Below are positions 1 to 10,209 of a stretch of DNA of 64,000 bases, piece by piece. Position 1 is the first letter of the stretch, and every line of letters starts with the position of its first letter. A program made the translations under genes and the position numbers. The stretch is taken from NCBI GenBank assembly GCA_963977015.1, contig CAXBMO010000010.1:128001-192000 (forward strand), in the 5' to 3' direction. The notes under the pieces were generated by a model, which saw only the letters and a list, made by a program, of their open reading frames with translations, was not told where the DNA came from and did no database searches. This DNA is from an uncultured bacterium (GTDB taxonomy: Bacteria; Verrucomicrobiota; Verrucomicrobiia; Verrucomicrobiales; DEV007).

Positions 1-5
1 AGTCG

Positions 6-950
6 TTGCCAACGACTCTGGCGATTGCGGCGCCACTCCATTGGTTTTACCGAATCTGTCGGCCAGCGATTTGGCTCTTTAACGGGACTGCCAACTGGCT
101 CATGAAGATTCTCTTCAAGATTGATCCGGTTTCCGAAGGCGACGTGGTTCACAGTGCTGACGAATTGCGGATCTTGGTGGCGCAAAGCGAACAGAGCGAA
201 GAGGTGACCGCGATTGAAAAGGAGATTTTGATCAACGCGCTGGCGCTCAACGACAAAGTCGCTCGAGACATCATGTTGCCGCGAACGGATGTTGTCGCGC
301 TGGACATCAATGAGGATTTTGAGACGAATTATGCGAAGGCGCTCGAAAGCATGCATACCCGTCTGCCGTTGGTGAACGGTCACTTGGACGAGACGGCCGG
401 ACTCATTCACATTAAGGATCTGGTAACCCTCAGTCGCCAGTCCGGGGCCGATCTTCACTCCATCATTCGACCGCTTGATCCCGTTCCGGAGATGATGCCG
501 GTTGATAAGCTCTTGCAGTCCTTTCTCGAGAACAAAGCCCACATGGCGTTGGTTGTTGACGAATACGGTGGGTCATTGGGAATTGTGACTCTGGACAACG
601 TCTTGGAAGAATTGGTCGGTGATATTCACGATGAATTCGACGACGAGGAAGAGCACGAAGACGAGTTTACGCGAATCAACGACAATGAATTTGAGGTGCT
701 GGGGACGTTGCCGCTGTTCGAGCTGTCGGAACAGGCCGGGCTCATTCTCGAGGATCCTGAGGTGAGTACGGTGGGGGGCTATGTGACCCACCTCATCGGT
801 CATTTGCCCGAAGTGGGTGAGGATGTGGAGGTCGCGGAGTACGTTGCGACCGTAACGGAAGCGAACGGACGGAGCGTGGGCAGGCTTCGATTTCGACGAC
901 ACCCCAAGAATCACGGCGCGGATTCCGCGGACGACCGATTGTCGGCCTAA
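6..950 (+). CDS. Hemolysin-family/CNNM (CorB/TlyC-like) CBS-domain transporter, 5' truncated by the window edge
   Basis: End of a DUF21/CNNM region, then a CBS pair (IMLPRTDV, HTRLPL, VVDEYGGSLGIVTLDNVLEELVGDI) and a CorC_HlyC C-terminal domain. Confidence 0.9.
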   Translation: MPTTLAIAAPLHWFYRICRPAIWLFNGTANWLMKILFKIDPVSEGDVVHSADELRILVAQSEQSEEVTAIEKEILINALALNDKVARDIMLPRTDVVALDINEDFETNYAKALESMHTRLPLVNGHLDETAGLIHIKDLVTLSRQSGADLHSIIRPLDPVPEMMPVDKLLQSFLENKAHMALVVDEYGGSLGIVTLDNVLEELVGDIHDEFDDEEEHEDEFTRINDNEFEVLGTLPLFELSEQAGLILEDPEVSTVGGYVTHLIGHLPEVGEDVEVAEYVATVTEANGRSVGRLRFRRHPKNHGADSADDRLSA

Positions 951-961
951 TTTCGAGGTGT

Positions 962-1816
962 TTACCGGAAGATGACGGTCTTGTTCCTGTAAGCAAGGAT
1001 CTCGCGCCTGGTATGGTGCCAAACGGCGCGAGCGAGAACGATCTTCTCAAGGTCCTTGCCGTCTCTGACAAAGTCCTTCACGGATTTCTTATGGGAGACC
1101 CGAATGACGTCCTGAGCAATAATCGGGCCTTCGTCCAGATCCGCCGTCACATAGTGACTCGTGGCGCCGATGATTTTGACGCCTCGCTCGTAGGCTTGAT
1201 GATATGGCTTGGCTCCGATAAATGCCGGGAGAAATGAATGGTGAATGTTGATCACCTGATTCGGAAAGGCGGCGACGAAGGAATCGCTCAAGATCTGCAT
1301 GTAGCGGGCCAAAACGACGGTATCGATCCGGTTTTCTTTGAGCAGCGCGATCTCAGCCGCTTCCTGATCCGCCTTGGTCTCTTTGGTGATCGGGAAATGA
1401 TGAAACGGGATTCCAAAGCGTTCTGCATCTCGGCGAAGCTTTTCGTGATTCCCGATGATCAGAGGAATTTCCACCTCCAACTCACCGCTTTCGTGACGAG
1501 CCAGGAGATCATACATGCAGTGGATGTCTTTAGAGACAAACAGCGCCATTCTCGGTTTCTCGTCTGAAAAGTAGACCGAACTCTCCATGCACTCGAAGGG
1601 GCGGGTAAGGTCGCGGATGGCGCCTTTGAGCGATTTTCGAGGAATCAGAAAACCCTCAAGCTCCCACTCCAGTCTCATGAAGAACACGTTGGCTTCAGAA
1701 TCGACGTGTTGGTCGAGGTGGACGATATTGCCCCGGTTTCGATACACGAAGTTCGAAAGTTCGGCGACAACTCCCGAGCGATCGGGACAAGACATGAGGA
1801 GAATGGCGGTGGCCAT
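962..1816 (-). CDS. purU: Formyltetrahydrofolate deformylase
   Basis: ACT domain ([10 protein letters not shown]), [42 protein letters not shown]. Start placed at ATG 1816 because the longer ORF overlaps the tRNA. Confidence 0.96.
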   Translation of the reverse strand: MATAILLMSCPDRSGVVAELSNFVYRNRGNIVHLDQHVDSEANVFFMRLEWELEGFLIPRKSLKGAIRDLTRPFECMESSVYFSDEKPRMALFVSKDIHCMYDLLARHESGELEVEIPLIIGNHEKLRRDAERFGIPFHHFPITKETKADQEAAEIALLKENRIDTVVLARYMQILSDSFVAAFPNQVINIHHSFLPAFIGAKPYHQAYERGVKIIGATSHYVTADLDEGPIIAQDVIRVSHKKSVKDFVRDGKDLEKIVLARAVWHHTRREILAYRNKTVIFR

Positions 1817-1843
1817 GGTTGGGCGGGGAGGTGAGCAAAAAAG

Positions 1844-1925
1844 TGCTCGAGGGGGGAATCGAACCCCCACGGGTTGCCCCACAGGATCCTTAATCCTGCG
1901 CGTCTACCAATTCCGCCACCCGAGC
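1844..1925 (-). tRNA. tRNA-Leu, anticodon AAG
   Basis: Reverse complement folds as acceptor GCTCGGG/CTCGAGC, D arm GCG-GAATTGGTAGA-CGC, anticodon stem CAGGA/TCCTG with loop TT-AAG-GA, long variable arm with GCAA loop, T arm GGGGG-TTCGATT-CCCCC, discriminator A. CCA is not encoded. Confidence 0.95.
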
Positions 1926-2089
1926 ATTCAATGGTGTCTGGTTAACAGGGGACGGAAAGGAAGCGAAAGGCGGGCACTTGGCAAGTATTCTTTGTGACTA
2001 ATTGTGTGGAATTTCGTGATGAGATTATGAGTGCAAAGTGAAGTTTTCCGACAGCGAGAAGGGGCTAGAGCGTTGATAGTGGTTCATCT

Positions 2090-2821
2090 TTGAGTTCCAA
2101 CCCCCAAACTTCCATCCGCTACGGCGTCATTATCCCCGTTTACAATGAGGAGGAGTGTCTGGGCCTGGTGTTGGACGAATTGCGGGAGGCGTGGCCCGGG
2201 GGGCGGTATGAGGTTGCTGTCGGACTGAATGGGGCGATCACGGATCGGTCGGGTGAGATTGCCCGTGAGCGGGGCGCGATCGTGGGGGAAACGCCGACCA
2301 GAGGGTATGGGCACGGCTGTATTGCGGCGATCGAAGCGTTGCGAAATCAGGGAACGGACGTGGATGCCTTTGTCTTTTATGCGGGAGATGGTGCGTCTGA
2401 CCCTGAGGATTTGGCTGCGTTGCTGAAGGCGTATGAAGCAGGAAATGACCTGGTTTTGGGAACCAGAACGACTTCTCGTCGAAATTGGAAGCGGCCTTGG
2501 CGGCGTGGGCTTGCCAATCTTTTACTCGGGGCTTGGGCGACGCTTCTTTCTGGGCACGTTTATGCCGATCTTGGGCCGTTTCGGGTTGTCGACCGGCAGC
2601 TTCTCGAAAAAATGGCCCCAAAAGAACTGACTTGGGGGTGGACGATCGAGCAGCAGATCCTGGCACCGAAGTTGGGGGCAAGAATCAGCACCGTCAGAGT
2701 CGGGGAGCGCCCGCGCCTTGCCGGAGTTCAGAAAATCAGCGGAGTAAGCCTTCGGCAGACACTTCAGATTGGTTGGGAGATTGCCAAAGCGGGAATTCGG
2801 TCAGCAGGAAGGAAGTTGTAG
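2090..2821 (+). CDS. Glycosyltransferase family 2 protein
   Basis: VIIPVYNEE, RGYGHGC, DLGPFRVV, WGWTIE. The DxD motif appears as AGD; TTG start uncertain. Confidence 0.85.
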   Translation: MSSNPQTSIRYGVIIPVYNEEECLGLVLDELREAWPGGRYEVAVGLNGAITDRSGEIARERGAIVGETPTRGYGHGCIAAIEALRNQGTDVDAFVFYAGDGASDPEDLAALLKAYEAGNDLVLGTRTTSRRNWKRPWRRGLANLLLGAWATLLSGHVYADLGPFRVVDRQLLEKMAPKELTWGWTIEQQILAPKLGARISTVRVGERPRLAGVQKISGVSLRQTLQIGWEIAKAGIRSAGRKL

Positions 2822-2870
2822 CAGCGCGATCACTCCAAGTGGGGTGGGCCGGTTGCGATTTCGCTTCAAA

Positions 2871-3929
2871 CTACTTGGTTCGTCGATTCCTGACGCTCTC
2901 AGCGAGGCCATCCAGCATCTTGACCGTCGTGTCCCAATCCACACATGCATCTGTGATGCTTTGTCCGTATTCCAAATTTTTGGGGTCTTTAAGCGGTTGG
3001 TTGCCAGCTTTGAGGTGGCTCTCGATCATCACGGCAACAAGATGTTTGTCCCCGGCCGAGATTCGTTTGGCCAGCTCTTCAGCAACGAGAGGCTGTCGGT
3101 TGTGATCTTTTTCGCTATTCCCGTGGCTGCAGTCGATCATGACGTGTGGGGGCATTCCGGCTTTCTCAAGCAAGGCGACAGTTGCCGCCACATTTTCCTC
3201 ATCAAAATTCGGTCCTTTGGCTCCTCCTCGAAGGATCACATGGCAGCTGTCATTCCCTTTGGTCGTCACAATCGCAGTGGTACCGCTTTTCTTGACGGAC
3301 AGAAAATGATGCGAGCTTTGGGCGGATTTGATCGCATCCACCGCGATTTTGATGTTTCCGCCGGTTCCGTTCTTAAATCCTACTGGCATGGAAAGTCCGG
3401 AAGCCAGTTCTCGATGCATCTGGCTTTCCGTGGTTCGGGCGCCGATTGCTCCCCAGGCAACCAGATCGGCAACATATTGGGGGCTAATGGTGTCGAGAAA
3501 CTCGGTTCCGGCGGCTATTCCCATATCGGCCAGCGTGACGAGGAGCTTGCGCGCCAGATGCAGACCGCGATTGATGTCGAAACTGTCGTCCAGGCCCGGA
3601 TCGTTAATAAAACCCTTCCAGCCGACGGTGGTGCGCGGCTTTTCGAAATAGACCCGCATGATAATTTCGAGGTCCTCCTCTGCGCCTTTCGCGTAGTCCT
3701 TGAGTTTTTCGGCGTATTCGAGGGCGGCCTCGGGATCGTGAATTGAGCAGGGACCGACGACCACAAGCAGTCGGTCATCCTGGCCTTTCAGGATACGCTC
3801 GGCATTTTTGCGCGCTTTCATGACAACCTCAGCGGACTCGTCAGAAAGGTGGAGTTCATCGATGATGATGACAGGGGCAATTAGTTGATCAAGGCGTTCG
3901 ATCCGAAGGTCGTCGGTTACAATTGACAT
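2871..3929 (-). CDS. aroG: 3-deoxy-7-phosphoheptulonate (DAHP) synthase, class I-alpha
   Basis: GPCSIHD, RVYFEKPRTTVGWKG, IGARTTESQ, DCSHGNS, YGQSITDAC. Isoenzyme (aroF/G/H) not resolvable. Confidence 0.93.
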   Translation of the reverse strand: MSIVTDDLRIERLDQLIAPVIIIDELHLSDESAEVVMKARKNAERILKGQDDRLLVVVGPCSIHDPEAALEYAEKLKDYAKGAEEDLEIIMRVYFEKPRTTVGWKGFINDPGLDDSFDINRGLHLARKLLVTLADMGIAAGTEFLDTISPQYVADLVAWGAIGARTTESQMHRELASGLSMPVGFKNGTGGNIKIAVDAIKSAQSSHHFLSVKKSGTTAIVTTKGNDSCHVILRGGAKGPNFDEENVAATVALLEKAGMPPHVMIDCSHGNSEKDHNRQPLVAEELAKRISAGDKHLVAVMIESHLKAGNQPLKDPKNLEYGQSITDACVDWDTTVKMLDGLAESVRNRRTK

Positions 3930-4147
3930 GGGCAATTTTGCGAATTGAAGTGGAGGGGCGAATAAACGAATTCGCCAGAGGCTCAAACGAAAAGTTCGGA
4001 ATTTTCCGGCGTCCTACTCTCAAGTCCACGTAAATGAGACGGAGAGAAGGTTGTGATAGTTTCGATTTAACCCCTCTCTCCATCAAGAATCTGGCGGCGT
4101 CCCTTTCGTCAGTATTGTCTAAAATATTTATATCATCCTAATAATCT

Positions 4148-5293
4148 ATGAGTAATCGCCCCCCTGATGCCGACGCCCACATTGTTCACGATACCCCAGG
4201 ATTCACCGCCGATGCCGACTTTACGGGGGGGTATGTTCATGAGCTTCCTGAACGCCAGACACACCTGGGTAAGGATCAGAAGAACTTTGAGCGCCGCATT
4301 CAGCGATTGGTTAGCGATTGGGGATGCAATGGAAACGAGCAACTGATCTGCGAGTTGGTAACGACCGCCCTGAAACTGGGACACGATGGTGCCGATGAGG
4401 GCGAGATGAAGCTGATCAATCGATCTCTCAAGGAAATGCGCTATGCCAACAACGTTTTTCGCCCTTTTCAGCATCGCCGAAAAGTGACGATCTTTGGCTC
4501 GGCCCGTACGAAACCGGAGGAACCGGAATACAAGGCGGCGTCAGAGTTTGCCGCAAAGATGGCAGAGCACGATTTCATGTCGATTACGGGCGCTGGCCCT
4601 GGAATCATGGCGGCAGCGCAGGAAGGTGCGACCGCAGCCAACAGTTTCGGGCTTCGGATCCAACTACCGTTCGAGGCGGGAGCGAATGAAACCATTGATG
4701 GCGATCCCAAGTTGATCAATTTCAACTATTTCTTCACGCGGAAACTGATGTTTGTGAAGGAAGCCCACGCTGCGGTTCTCTTTCCCGGCGGATTTGGAAC
4801 GATGGATGAGGGGTTTGAGGTGATGACCCTGATTCAGACCGGCAAGGCCGTCATCTTTCCCATTGTGATGGTTGATGCTCCCGGCGGCAGTTATTGGAAA
4901 ACCTACCTTCAATTCATCAAGGAGCACCTCTTCCGGTTGGGGCTGATATCCGAGCAGGACTTTTCGCTCTTCATGGTAACCGACGACGTGGATGAGGCTG
5001 TCGAGCACATCACCAAATTCTACCGCGTGTTCAACTCGTATCGCTATGTGCGGGACCAGCTCGTGATCCGGCTGAATCGGGCGCTCACGGCCAAGGCGGT
5101 CGCCAAATTGAACGAAGATTTTGCGGATCTGCTCATTGACGGAAAATACGTCCTTGGCAATGCCCTGGAGCAGGAGGCCAATGAGGAGGAGATCTTTACC
5201 CTGCCACGTCTGATTTGTAAGCCGAAGCGGAGTGATTATGGGCGGCTGCGGGAACTGGTGGATGCGGTCAACGACTCGGAAGTAATAAGCTAA
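4148..5293 (+). CDS. LOG-family (TIGR00730-like) nucleotide monophosphate nucleosidase
   Basis: VTIFGSART, TGAGPGIM, YFFTRKLMFVK, PGGFGTMDE. Confidence 0.9.
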   Translation: MSNRPPDADAHIVHDTPGFTADADFTGGYVHELPERQTHLGKDQKNFERRIQRLVSDWGCNGNEQLICELVTTALKLGHDGADEGEMKLINRSLKEMRYANNVFRPFQHRRKVTIFGSARTKPEEPEYKAASEFAAKMAEHDFMSITGAGPGIMAAAQEGATAANSFGLRIQLPFEAGANETIDGDPKLINFNYFFTRKLMFVKEAHAAVLFPGGFGTMDEGFEVMTLIQTGKAVIFPIVMVDAPGGSYWKTYLQFIKEHLFRLGLISEQDFSLFMVTDDVDEAVEHITKFYRVFNSYRYVRDQLVIRLNRALTAKAVAKLNEDFADLLIDGKYVLGNALEQEANEEEIFTLPRLICKPKRSDYGRLRELVDAVNDSEVIS

Positions 5294-5364
5294 AGTTAAA
5301 AGTCAAAATGGTGTTGATAATAGTGTGTTCTTGAATACTGTTCATAAACCCAGTTCATCCACCT

Positions 5365-5556
5365 ATGATTGATCGAATTATCACACCTTCTGCTTCTGTT
5401 AACGGCCAGCCAATAGTCAAGGGAACCCACTTTCCTGTTTCAGCCATCATCGAATCGATTGTCGTGAGTCAATCGTTGGAAGAGGTGCTTGAAGCCTTTC
5501 CAGGTCTCACCCGCGACGATATTTCCGCTTGTTTGGAATTTGGATTGAGCCAATGA
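5365..5556 (+). CDS. DUF433 domain protein (antitoxin-like)
   Basis: GQPIVKGTHFPV...EEVLEAFPGLTRDDISACL resembles the DUF433 pattern. Confidence 0.75.
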   Translation: MIDRIITPSASVNGQPIVKGTHFPVSAIIESIVVSQSLEEVLEAFPGLTRDDISACLEFGLSQ

Positions 5557-5600
5557 AGGGCATCGGATAAGTGTTCAAACTCATTGTCATGGAATTCCAC

Positions 5601-5629
5601 TTGCGAGATCCATGCCCTTGACCTAAGAT
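5601..5629 (+). promoter_or_regulatory. Sigma70-type promoter of rpmE
   Basis: TTGCGA-17 nt-TAAGAT, 60 nt upstream of the rpmE ATG. Confidence 0.6.
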
Positions 5630-5689
5630 CGCACCCCTTTGTTCCGGTCGAAATTTCGGAGCAATTTAACAATCTCATTTTTTCACGGC

Positions 5690-5926
5690 ATGAAAGCTGA
5701 AATTCATCCCGAATACAACCCAACCACTATTGTTTGCACATGCGGTGCAACGTATCACACCCGTTCCACGGTTGAGAATTTGCGCATCGGCATTTGTGCC
5801 GCCTGCCACCCCTACTTCACGGGTGAGCAGCGATTCGTCGATACGGCGGGTAGGGTGGACAAGTTCCAGAAGCGTTACGGTTCTGAGAGAACTCGGCGGA
5901 AGAAGCCGAAGCCGACCGACGTTTAG
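5690..5926 (+). CDS. rpmE: 50S ribosomal protein L31, zinc-binding (C+) type
   Basis: MKAEIHPEY, CTCG, CAACHPYFTG, DTAGRVDKF. Confidence 0.97.
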   Translation: MKAEIHPEYNPTTIVCTCGATYHTRSTVENLRIGICAACHPYFTGEQRFVDTAGRVDKFQKRYGSERTRRKKPKPTDV

Positions 5927-5949
5927 CGCGACAGTCGAATTTTAGGAAT

Positions 5950-5997
5950 AACGGTGCTGTGTTGTCGCTTTGACAGACAGTGCCGTTTTCTGTTTTC
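5950..5997 (+). terminator. Putative intrinsic terminator between rpmE and prfA
   Basis: AACGGTGCTGT pairs with ACAGTGCCGTT (two G-U pairs) and is followed by a T-rich tract. Confidence 0.55.
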
Positions 5998-6038
5998 TGA
6001 AGCAGAGCTAGACGAACCCATCAAACCCTCCGTATCCT

Positions 6039-7118
6039 GTGGACTACACTGATCTTGTTTCCAAAAAGCGTTCTCGAATCGAAGAATTGGAGAAACAGAT
6101 GTCCGAGCCTTCCTTCTATGACGACGCGAAGGCGGCGGGGGAGGTGATGCAGGAGCACAAGCGCACCAAGGAGCTGATCGATAACTGGGAGAAGCTCGAT
6201 GAGGCGCAGCGACAACTCACCGAGAACGAGGAACTCGCCAAGGGCGATGACGAAGAAATGGCGTTGCTGGCGGGGGAAGAGATTCCTGAGCTACGCGATT
6301 TGGTTGAGAAACTGAGTCTCGAAATTCAATATGCGCTTTTGCCACGGGACCCGACCGAGGATCGTGATGCGCTGGTTGAAGTGAGGGCGGGCACCGGAGG
6401 AGATGAAGCATCGCTTTTTGCCGGTGATTTGATGCGGATGTATCAGCGGTTCGCCGAAGAACGGAGTTGGAAGGTCGAAATGCTCGAAGCCAGTCCTTCG
6501 GAAGTGGGCGGCTTTAAGGAAGCCGTGTTCAAGGTTTCTGGAAGTGAGGTTTTTCGGATTTTGAAATACGAAAGTGGGGTCCACCGCGTTCAGCGGGTGC
6601 CATCCACCGAAACGCAGGGAAGGATTCATACATCGACGGCAACGGTCGCCGTCATGCCGGAAGCGGAAGAGATTGACGTCGAACTTCACCCCGATGACTT
6701 GCAGATCCAAGCCACCCGTTCCAGTGGCCCGGGCGGACAGCATGTCAACACGACGGATTCCGCGGTGCAGATCACCCATTTGCCGACGGGGATTATGGTC
6801 AAGTGTCAGGACGGTCGAAGCCAGCACAAGAACAAGGAGAAAGCGTTGGCGATTCTGCGATCAAAGCTGCTGGAGGCTCGCCAACAGGAGGAGGCGAACA
6901 AGTATTCAGAGCATCGTCGAAATCTGATCGGCAGTGGCGGCCGGGAAGAGAAAATCCGAACCTACAACTTTCCGCAAAACCGGGTCACCGACCATCGCGT
7001 TGGTCTGACCTCCCATAACCTGGAAGGAGTCATGGTTGGTAAACTGGACGATTTTGTGGAGGCTTTGCAGAAGTCGGACATGGAGGCTCGTCTAAAGGAA
7101 GTTGGTCTTTCGGAGTGA
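6039..7118 (+). CDS. prfA: Peptide chain release factor 1
   Basis: GVHRVQRVPSTE (PxT motif), GPGGQHVN, IRTYNFPQNRVTDHR. Confidence 0.97.
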   Translation: MDYTDLVSKKRSRIEELEKQMSEPSFYDDAKAAGEVMQEHKRTKELIDNWEKLDEAQRQLTENEELAKGDDEEMALLAGEEIPELRDLVEKLSLEIQYALLPRDPTEDRDALVEVRAGTGGDEASLFAGDLMRMYQRFAEERSWKVEMLEASPSEVGGFKEAVFKVSGSEVFRILKYESGVHRVQRVPSTETQGRIHTSTATVAVMPEAEEIDVELHPDDLQIQATRSSGPGGQHVNTTDSAVQITHLPTGIMVKCQDGRSQHKNKEKALAILRSKLLEARQQEEANKYSEHRRNLIGSGGREEKIRTYNFPQNRVTDHRVGLTSHNLEGVMVGKLDDFVEALQKSDMEARLKEVGLSE

Positions 7119-7173
7119 GCCTCCGGCGATTTAGACTATTTTTGGGGAGCACCCCTGATACCTGTTTCTCGCC

Positions 7174-8031
7174 ATGACAACCATTCTCGACGCTCTTCAG
7201 AAGGGGACCGGATACCTCGAAAAACACGGAGTTGAAGGTGCGCGGCTCAACATGCAGCACCTTCTGGCACATGTCGTCAAATGCGACCGAATGCAACTCT
7301 ACGTGAGTTTTGATCAGCCACTTGATGAGCCGGAATTGGAGGAATTGCGGCGATTGATGAAAGAGCGAACTTCCGGGGTTCCTCTGCAGCATCTACTGGG
7401 AGTGGTCGAGTTTTTCGGGAAGGAGTTTATCTGCGATGAGCGCGCGTTGATTCCTCGGCCCGAGACGGAACACCTAGTGGATCTTCTGTCGAAGATGGAT
7501 TGGCCGGAAGGCGTGCGAATTCTCGACGTTGGGACTGGCTCCGGTGTGTTGGGGATTTCGTTGGCAATTGCGTTGAAGGGGCAGGGTCCAAAGGGAGTTT
7601 TGGCGGATGTTTCGTCAGAGGCTCTGAGTTTGGCCAAAGAGAACGTCGAGCGATTGTCGGAAGATCTGGATGGATGTGATCTGCGTTTGGAAAAGAGCGA
7701 TCTCTTTTCAGAGATCGAAGGTGAATTTGATCTCGTGGTGGCAAACCTGCCCTATATCGCTCAAGCAGAGATCGCGGAATTAAGTCGAGAAGTGAAGCGT
7801 GACCCGGTGCTTGCGCTGGATGGCGGCGAGATTGGGACGGAAATCATGGAGCGTTTTCTGGCCGGAGTTGGCTCTCATTTGGCTGAAGACGGTGCCATTG
7901 CGATGGAGTTCGGGATGGGGCAGGCGGCTCGACTTGCGGCTGTGGCCAAAGAATGCGGTTTTGCGAATCCACAAATTCTGAAAGATCTTGAAGGGACGGA
8001 GCGAATCCTATTCGCAAGGAAAGATAAATAG
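7174..8031 (+). CDS. prmC: Release factor glutamine methyltransferase
   Basis: ALIPRPETE, LDVGTGSG, NLPY; directly follows prfA. Confidence 0.95.
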   Translation: MTTILDALQKGTGYLEKHGVEGARLNMQHLLAHVVKCDRMQLYVSFDQPLDEPELEELRRLMKERTSGVPLQHLLGVVEFFGKEFICDERALIPRPETEHLVDLLSKMDWPEGVRILDVGTGSGVLGISLAIALKGQGPKGVLADVSSEALSLAKENVERLSEDLDGCDLRLEKSDLFSEIEGEFDLVVANLPYIAQAEIAELSREVKRDPVLALDGGEIGTEIMERFLAGVGSHLAEDGAIAMEFGMGQAARLAAVAKECGFANPQILKDLEGTERILFARKDK

Positions 8032-8049
8032 TGTAAAGTTTCGGAAATT

Positions 8050-9309
8050 ATGGAAAAGCTCATTATTCGGGGTAATGGACCGCTGAACGGTCGAGTCAAC
8101 ATCAGTGGATCGAAAAACTCATCCCTCCCAATCTTGGCCGCGACGCTGCTGACCAAGGAAGAATGTGTGATTCGCCGGGTTCCGGACGTTAGTGATACAA
8201 ACTATTTGCTCCAGATCTTGCGGAGCCTTGGTGCCGAGGTTGAGCGGGCGAGCGGGACGGTGACGGTGAAGTGCGAAACGATCAAATCGGAAGCACCGTA
8301 TGATTTGGTTCGCAAAATGCGGGCGTCGGTTTGCGTCATGGGCCCGCTACTTTCGCGGTTGCATGAGGCCATCGTTTCATTGCCGGGTGGCTGTGTGATC
8401 GGAGACCGTCCAGTGGATCTCCACTTGCGAGGATTCGAAGCCTTGGGGGCCAACGTTCGCGTAGAGGGGGGAAATGTCATCGTCAAGGCCTCGGAACTTG
8501 TCGGAAGTGAAATCAATATGCGCGGCAAGCACGGCTCGACCGTTTTGGGGACCGACAACGTGATGATGGCTGCTGCACTGGCAAAGGGAACCACCATCCT
8601 TGAAGGGGCTGCAACTGAGCCTGAGGTCGTCGACTTGGCGAATTTCCTCAACAATATGGGCGCAAGAATTGAGGGGGCCGGAACGCCCAGGATCGTGATT
8701 CACGGCGTTGACGAATTGCACGGTGCCGAGCATACCGTGATTCCGGATCGAATTGAGGCAGGAACGTTTCTCGTGGCCGGCGCCATGGCCGGGACGGAAG
8801 TCACCCTTCGTAGAACCCGTCCGGATCATCTCACTGCCGTGACTGATGTCCTTACCCAATGCGGCCATTCGGTGGTAACCAAGGGAGATACCATGACGGT
8901 TCGGCCGGGAAGCACTTCCACGGGGGCTGATATCAAGACAGAGGCTTATCCTGGCTTCCCGACCGACATGCAGGCGCAAATGTGCGCCCTCTTTTGCCTT
9001 ACTCCTGGAATCAGCGTCGTCACGGAAACCATCTTCCCCCAACGTTTCATGTATGTGGCTGAATTAACTCGAATGGGTGCAAACATTCAGATGGAAGGCG
9101 CCACCGCAATTGTTCATGGGGTGGAGCAAATGAGCGGTGCCCCGGTCATGGCGAGCGACCTTCGCGCGTCTGCTGCACTCTTGCTTGCGGCGATCAAAGC
9201 GGATGGTGTCACGGAAATTAACCGCGTCTATCATATCGATCGCGGCTACGAGCATATTGACGATAAGTTGATCGATCTGGGCGCCGATATTCAGCGGTTG
9301 AATGCCTAG
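8050..9309 (+). CDS. murA: UDP-N-acetylglucosamine 1-carboxyvinyltransferase
   Basis: [48 protein letters not shown]. Confidence 0.97.
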   Translation: MEKLIIRGNGPLNGRVNISGSKNSSLPILAATLLTKEECVIRRVPDVSDTNYLLQILRSLGAEVERASGTVTVKCETIKSEAPYDLVRKMRASVCVMGPLLSRLHEAIVSLPGGCVIGDRPVDLHLRGFEALGANVRVEGGNVIVKASELVGSEINMRGKHGSTVLGTDNVMMAAALAKGTTILEGAATEPEVVDLANFLNNMGARIEGAGTPRIVIHGVDELHGAEHTVIPDRIEAGTFLVAGAMAGTEVTLRRTRPDHLTAVTDVLTQCGHSVVTKGDTMTVRPGSTSTGADIKTEAYPGFPTDMQAQMCALFCLTPGISVVTETIFPQRFMYVAELTRMGANIQMEGATAIVHGVEQMSGAPVMASDLRASAALLLAAIKADGVTEINRVYHIDRGYEHIDDKLIDLGADIQRLNA

Positions 9310-9386
9310 CGGTTGGAAATTAGAGATTTTTTTCTCGATTTTTCTTCACAAATCTGGTTCGGCCACGTTAGCCTCTGCCAAACGCT

Positions 9387-9749
9387 ATGGCAGCAGGCTC
9401 CGAAACCGCTAACCCAAGCACGATGAGCGGAAGTTATTCTGCTCGTCGCCACATTGGTATTGTAGAGGACTGTCGGCAAAGACTCCGCTCAATTGGTGAA
9501 GCGATTGATCATTTGGAACGCAACCCGCCTTCGGATGTTGATCGAGAAATCTGGAACGCTGCCATCATCACCCTGGCGGCATCCAGAGTCGAAGCAATGC
9601 TGGAGCTTGATTCGGCGATGGAAGATTTTCCATCCGCCAGAAATGGCAGAGCCGTCATGATTCTGTTGGCGGAAGTGAAGCGCATTGAAGGCCGGTTGAC
9701 GAATTTCGTCGTCAGCCATCAGTTGAGGTTGCCGGACGAGACCTCCTAA
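9387..9749 (+). CDS. Hypothetical helical protein
   Basis: 120-aa ORF filling the gap between murA and the Rrf2 gene; no motif recognised. Confidence 0.5.
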   Translation: MAAGSETANPSTMSGSYSARRHIGIVEDCRQRLRSIGEAIDHLERNPPSDVDREIWNAAIITLAASRVEAMLELDSAMEDFPSARNGRAVMILLAEVKRIEGRLTNFVVSHQLRLPDETS

Positions 9750-10171
9750 ATGTCGATTGCGAGGATTCCTTCAGGTTCCTCGCGAAGAAGCAGGCTGGCG
9801 ATGGTTTGCTCGCTCAGGTAGGTCTTGATCATGAGGTTGAGTTCTTCAAGACATTCGGTGAGCCCTTGAAAACCGATCCCGCTATTATCCGAGTGCTCAC
9901 GCCGCTCAAACAGGTTGCCATCGACAAGCTCGATCACCTCACACAGGGAGATCTCGGAAGCTGATCGGTTGAGTTGGTAGCCGCCTCCAATTCCCCTCTT
10001 CGAGCGCAGCAAGCCACCACGTTTGAGGATCAGGAGGATTTGTTCCAAAAATTTGACGGGAATCTTGCCTCTCTCAGCGAGTTCCTGAATTTGCAATGGT
10101 CCTTGAGGGGAAGATCCCGCAAGAATAGCAAGAGCTCGCAAACCATACTCAGCTTTCTTAGAGATTTTCAT
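9746..10171 (-). CDS. Rrf2-family transcriptional regulator (CymR-like, no Fe-S Cys triad)
   Basis: MKISKKAEYGLRAL, FLEQILLILKRGGLLRSKRGIGGGYQL. Confidence 0.9.
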   Translation of the reverse strand: MKISKKAEYGLRALAILAGSSPQGPLQIQELAERGKIPVKFLEQILLILKRGGLLRSKRGIGGGYQLNRSASEISLCEVIELVDGNLFERREHSDNSGIGFQGLTECLEELNLMIKTYLSEQTIASLLLREEPEGILAIDI

Positions 10172-10209
10172 TCTCGACTAGAATGATCGATAAGTCGCAG
10201 AAGTGCAAC

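Noticed and set aside
1817-1882. N-terminal extension of PurU in the ORF track
   Set aside because: It overlaps the tRNA-Leu gene; PurU homology begins at ATG 1816
1884-1898. Reading the tRNA anticodon as TAA
   Set aside because: Centring TAA in a 7-nt loop breaks the stem; the 5-bp CAGGA/TCCTG stem centres AAG, and G37 fits a CUN-decoding tRNA
1844-1925. tRNA as a genomic-island integration site
   Set aside because: No integrase nearby, no duplicated tRNA 3' end seen, and the flanks are housekeeping genes
3930-4147. Aromatic-amino-acid leader peptide for the DAHP synthase
   Set aside because: No short ORF with a Phe/Tyr/Trp run and no attenuator hairpins found on the minus strand
9746-10171. 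IscR/NsrR assignment for the Rrf2 protein
   Set aside because: It lacks the three-Cys Fe-S ligand pattern and no isc/suf genes are adjacent
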